Source: Candidatus Latescibacterota bacterium (GTDB lineage Bacteria > Latescibacterota > UBA2968). Taken from it: a stretch of DNA of 64,000 nucleotides. Position numbers and translations under genes: made by a program. Positions 62,200-64,000 of the stretch are shown here, piece by piece. The stretch covers positions 3,744,001 to 3,808,000 of the forward strand of contig OZ242010.1 in the NCBI GenBank assembly GCA_965204745.1, read 5' to 3'. The notes beneath the pieces are model-generated. The model did no database searches. It worked only from the letters and a program-made list of their open reading frames with translations, and had not been told where the DNA came from. Position 1 is the stretch's first letter. Each line of letters begins with the position of its first letter.

Positions 62200-62781
62200 T
62201 TAAATGGGTTCGACTTCGACGGTGGTGGTGTCGAGTGTACGCAGCACGCGCACCTGCGTCTTGTGCTGGATGGAGTATCCGCCCTTGCTGCGCGCAGAGA
62301 CGTAGTTGACGGCGCCGCTTTCCATCACGCGAATTTGGCCGGTGCCGTTTTCGGGAATGTCGATATAGACTTCGCCCTCATTGCCGATGCAGGACGACAG
62401 GTTTCGGGTATGGGATTCGGAGAGTTGTTGCACTTTGTAAAAAAAGTAGGCCACGATGACCATGCCCGCGGCCCCCCAGACAAAGCCGCGAATAACGGCT
62501 TGTTCGACGGAATGGCCCGAATCGAGATAGAGCGCGCCCGCCCAGCCAAAGAGCATCCCAAAGGCGATCACGGATCGGATCGAGAGCAGTTGAAAGGTGG
62601 CGACGCCGGCGTCGAAACCATCGACATCTGGCCCCGCATCAGTCGCGCCCAAGCCATCGACCGAATCGCCCAAGCCGGTGAGCGTGGTGATGAGTTGCCA
62701 CAAAAACAAGAAACTGAAGAACACGGCAATGCCGTAGAACACTTGGTTGAGCAAGGTGAGCTCGATCCACCAGATTTGCAT
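62200..62781 (-). CDS. NfeD-like membrane protein (C-terminal OB fold)
   Basis: TM helices, GNEGEVYIDIP..GQI motif, directly upstream of flotillin; AGGAGG ribosome-binding site. Confidence 0.85.
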   Translation of the reverse strand: MQIWWIELTLLNQVFYGIAVFFSFLFLWQLITTLTGLGDSVDGLGATDAGPDVDGFDAGVATFQLLSIRSVIAFGMLFGWAGALYLDSGHSVEQAVIRGFVWGAAGMVIVAYFFYKVQQLSESHTRNLSSCIGNEGEVYIDIPENGTGQIRVMESGAVNYVSARSKGGYSIQHKTQVRVLRTLDTTTVEVEPI

Positions 62782-63267
62782 AATCACCTCCTTATACTAA
62801 ATTGATTTCCTGTTGACCTAATGTGTTGCGATATGCAGACAGGAAGCGATCTCCTTGACGTTCCACAATCATTCAGAGAAGCCATGGCAACTATGCCATC
62901 GCAAAGGACCATCCAATTAAAGCCATCACGCACAGCGCGCAAGGCCATCTCGCAACCAATGTCCATCTTGCAACCCACTTTACAGGCTGACGCATATCGT
63001 TCTGTTACAAAAGCGATTTGCGCTGTGCAAGCCCCTCGGCGTTTGAGAGCGGCATTTTTGAACTGCTGGGGCAGTTGTACCCCGCTCGCTTACTTTTTTT
63101 GCTGTTGAAAAAAAGTAGGTCGCCGAAGGCATCGGAGGCAACCAACGAGGCTTTAGGACCAAACGCATTAAACGTCAAAAAATAAAATGTCACCACGACC
63201 TAAATATGTATGACCAAACGCTGAAAAGCAATGGGTATTTATTTTATACCTATCCCCCGTTATTCGC

Positions 63268-63301
63268 TCCCCTCCTCGTCTCGGAGGAGGGGGCTTGTTT
63301 T
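63268..63301. terminator. Hairpin after the ECF sigma gene
   Basis: cccctcctc..gaggagggg. Confidence 0.55.
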
Positions 63302-63878
63302 ACCCAGGCTGCAAGTCGAGTTTGAGAAACTCGGCTTTGAGTTGCTGTCGCGCGCGGAACATCCAAGTCTTCAGGGTGCCGATCGGGACTTGAAGCACCT
63401 GCGTGATTTCCTCGTAAGACCAGTCCATCACATAGCGCAACCACATGGCTTTGCGATAGCGTTCGGGCAGTTTTTGAATGCTCTTTTGGACCAGCGCAAT
63501 GCGTTCCCGATGCTCCACGATTTGGTCTGGGCGATTGTCGGGCGCGAGGTCGCGGAGGACATTGTGAACGGCTTCCGGGTCTTCGGTTTGGCGGATCCAG
63601 TTTTGTCGGACGTGTTGCGAGCGCAGGTGCGAACGATAGGCGTTGAGGGCAATTTGCGTGAGCCAAGTCGAAAAGGCCGCGCGGCCTTTGAAGGTGTGGA
63701 GCGAGCGATAGGCGCGATAAAAGGTGTTTTGCATCAGGTCGTCAACCGTGTCGCGGTCCGAAACGCGCTGTGCCAGAGTGCTGTAAATCTGGCTGTGGTA
63801 CTTGTGGTAGAGTTGTTCAAACGCGCTACGGTCGCCCGCAATGGCTGCGCGAATCAAGATATGGTCGGACGTTTTCAT
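63300..63878 (-). CDS. ECF RNA polymerase sigma factor, paralogue of 40395-41018
   Basis: DDLMQNTFYRAY, AAFSTWL and VPIGTLKTWMFRAR motifs. Confidence 0.92.
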   Translation of the reverse strand: MKTSDHILIRAAIAGDRSAFEQLYHKYHSQIYSTLAQRVSDRDTVDDLMQNTFYRAYRSLHTFKGRAAFSTWLTQIALNAYRSHLRSQHVRQNWIRQTEDPEAVHNVLRDLAPDNRPDQIVEHRERIALVQKSIQKLPERYRKAMWLRYVMDWSYEEITQVLQVPIGTLKTWMFRARQQLKAEFLKLDLQPG

Positions 63879-64000
63879 TGGGTCTCCACTGGTTAAGACA
63901 ATGAACCAAAAAAAGAACAAAAGTCACTGGAACTCCGACGTTGGCTACGCCTGAGCCTGCGCCGGAGCGACGAAATATGGATGGGTGGTTGGGGGGAACT

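Overview
A moderately GC-rich bacterial chromosomal window. The sulfatase, the GLUG/Calx-beta surface protein, the EF-hand/dockerin-like tail and the propeller-PP2C sensor resemble marine or sponge-associated Latescibacterota/Gemmatimonadota-type genomes; this is inference only. The housekeeping backbone comprises dsbD, pyrF, rnpB, an RNase H, tRNA-Val(CAC), a XylD-like dehydratase, modBC, sulP, an AGCS symporter and thiI. Small accessory cassettes interrupt it: an ATPase+TOPRIM pair, two orphan methyltransferases, a TIGR04255 three-gene module, antitoxin/HNH modules and a decayed adhesin. Intergenic DNA is dense with heptamer and nonamer microsatellites, REP-like palindromes and MITEs. Clearest result: an intact IS110 element (44374-45666) whose bridge RNA can be read from the sequence. 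Its donor guides match its own ends exactly, and its target guides match the host's (CTCTTRC)n heptamer microsatellite, where it is inserted. An empty copy of the same target lies at 11396-11409. Other candidate novel systems: (1) a TIGR04255 / unknown / putative ART-like three-gene module; (2) toxin-antitoxin cassettes stacked upstream of xylD that reuse duplicated copies of its translation start; (3) an NfeD-flotillin-TPR kinase-REC/PspF-like membrane-stress operon. All calls were made by eye from motifs; no database searches were run.
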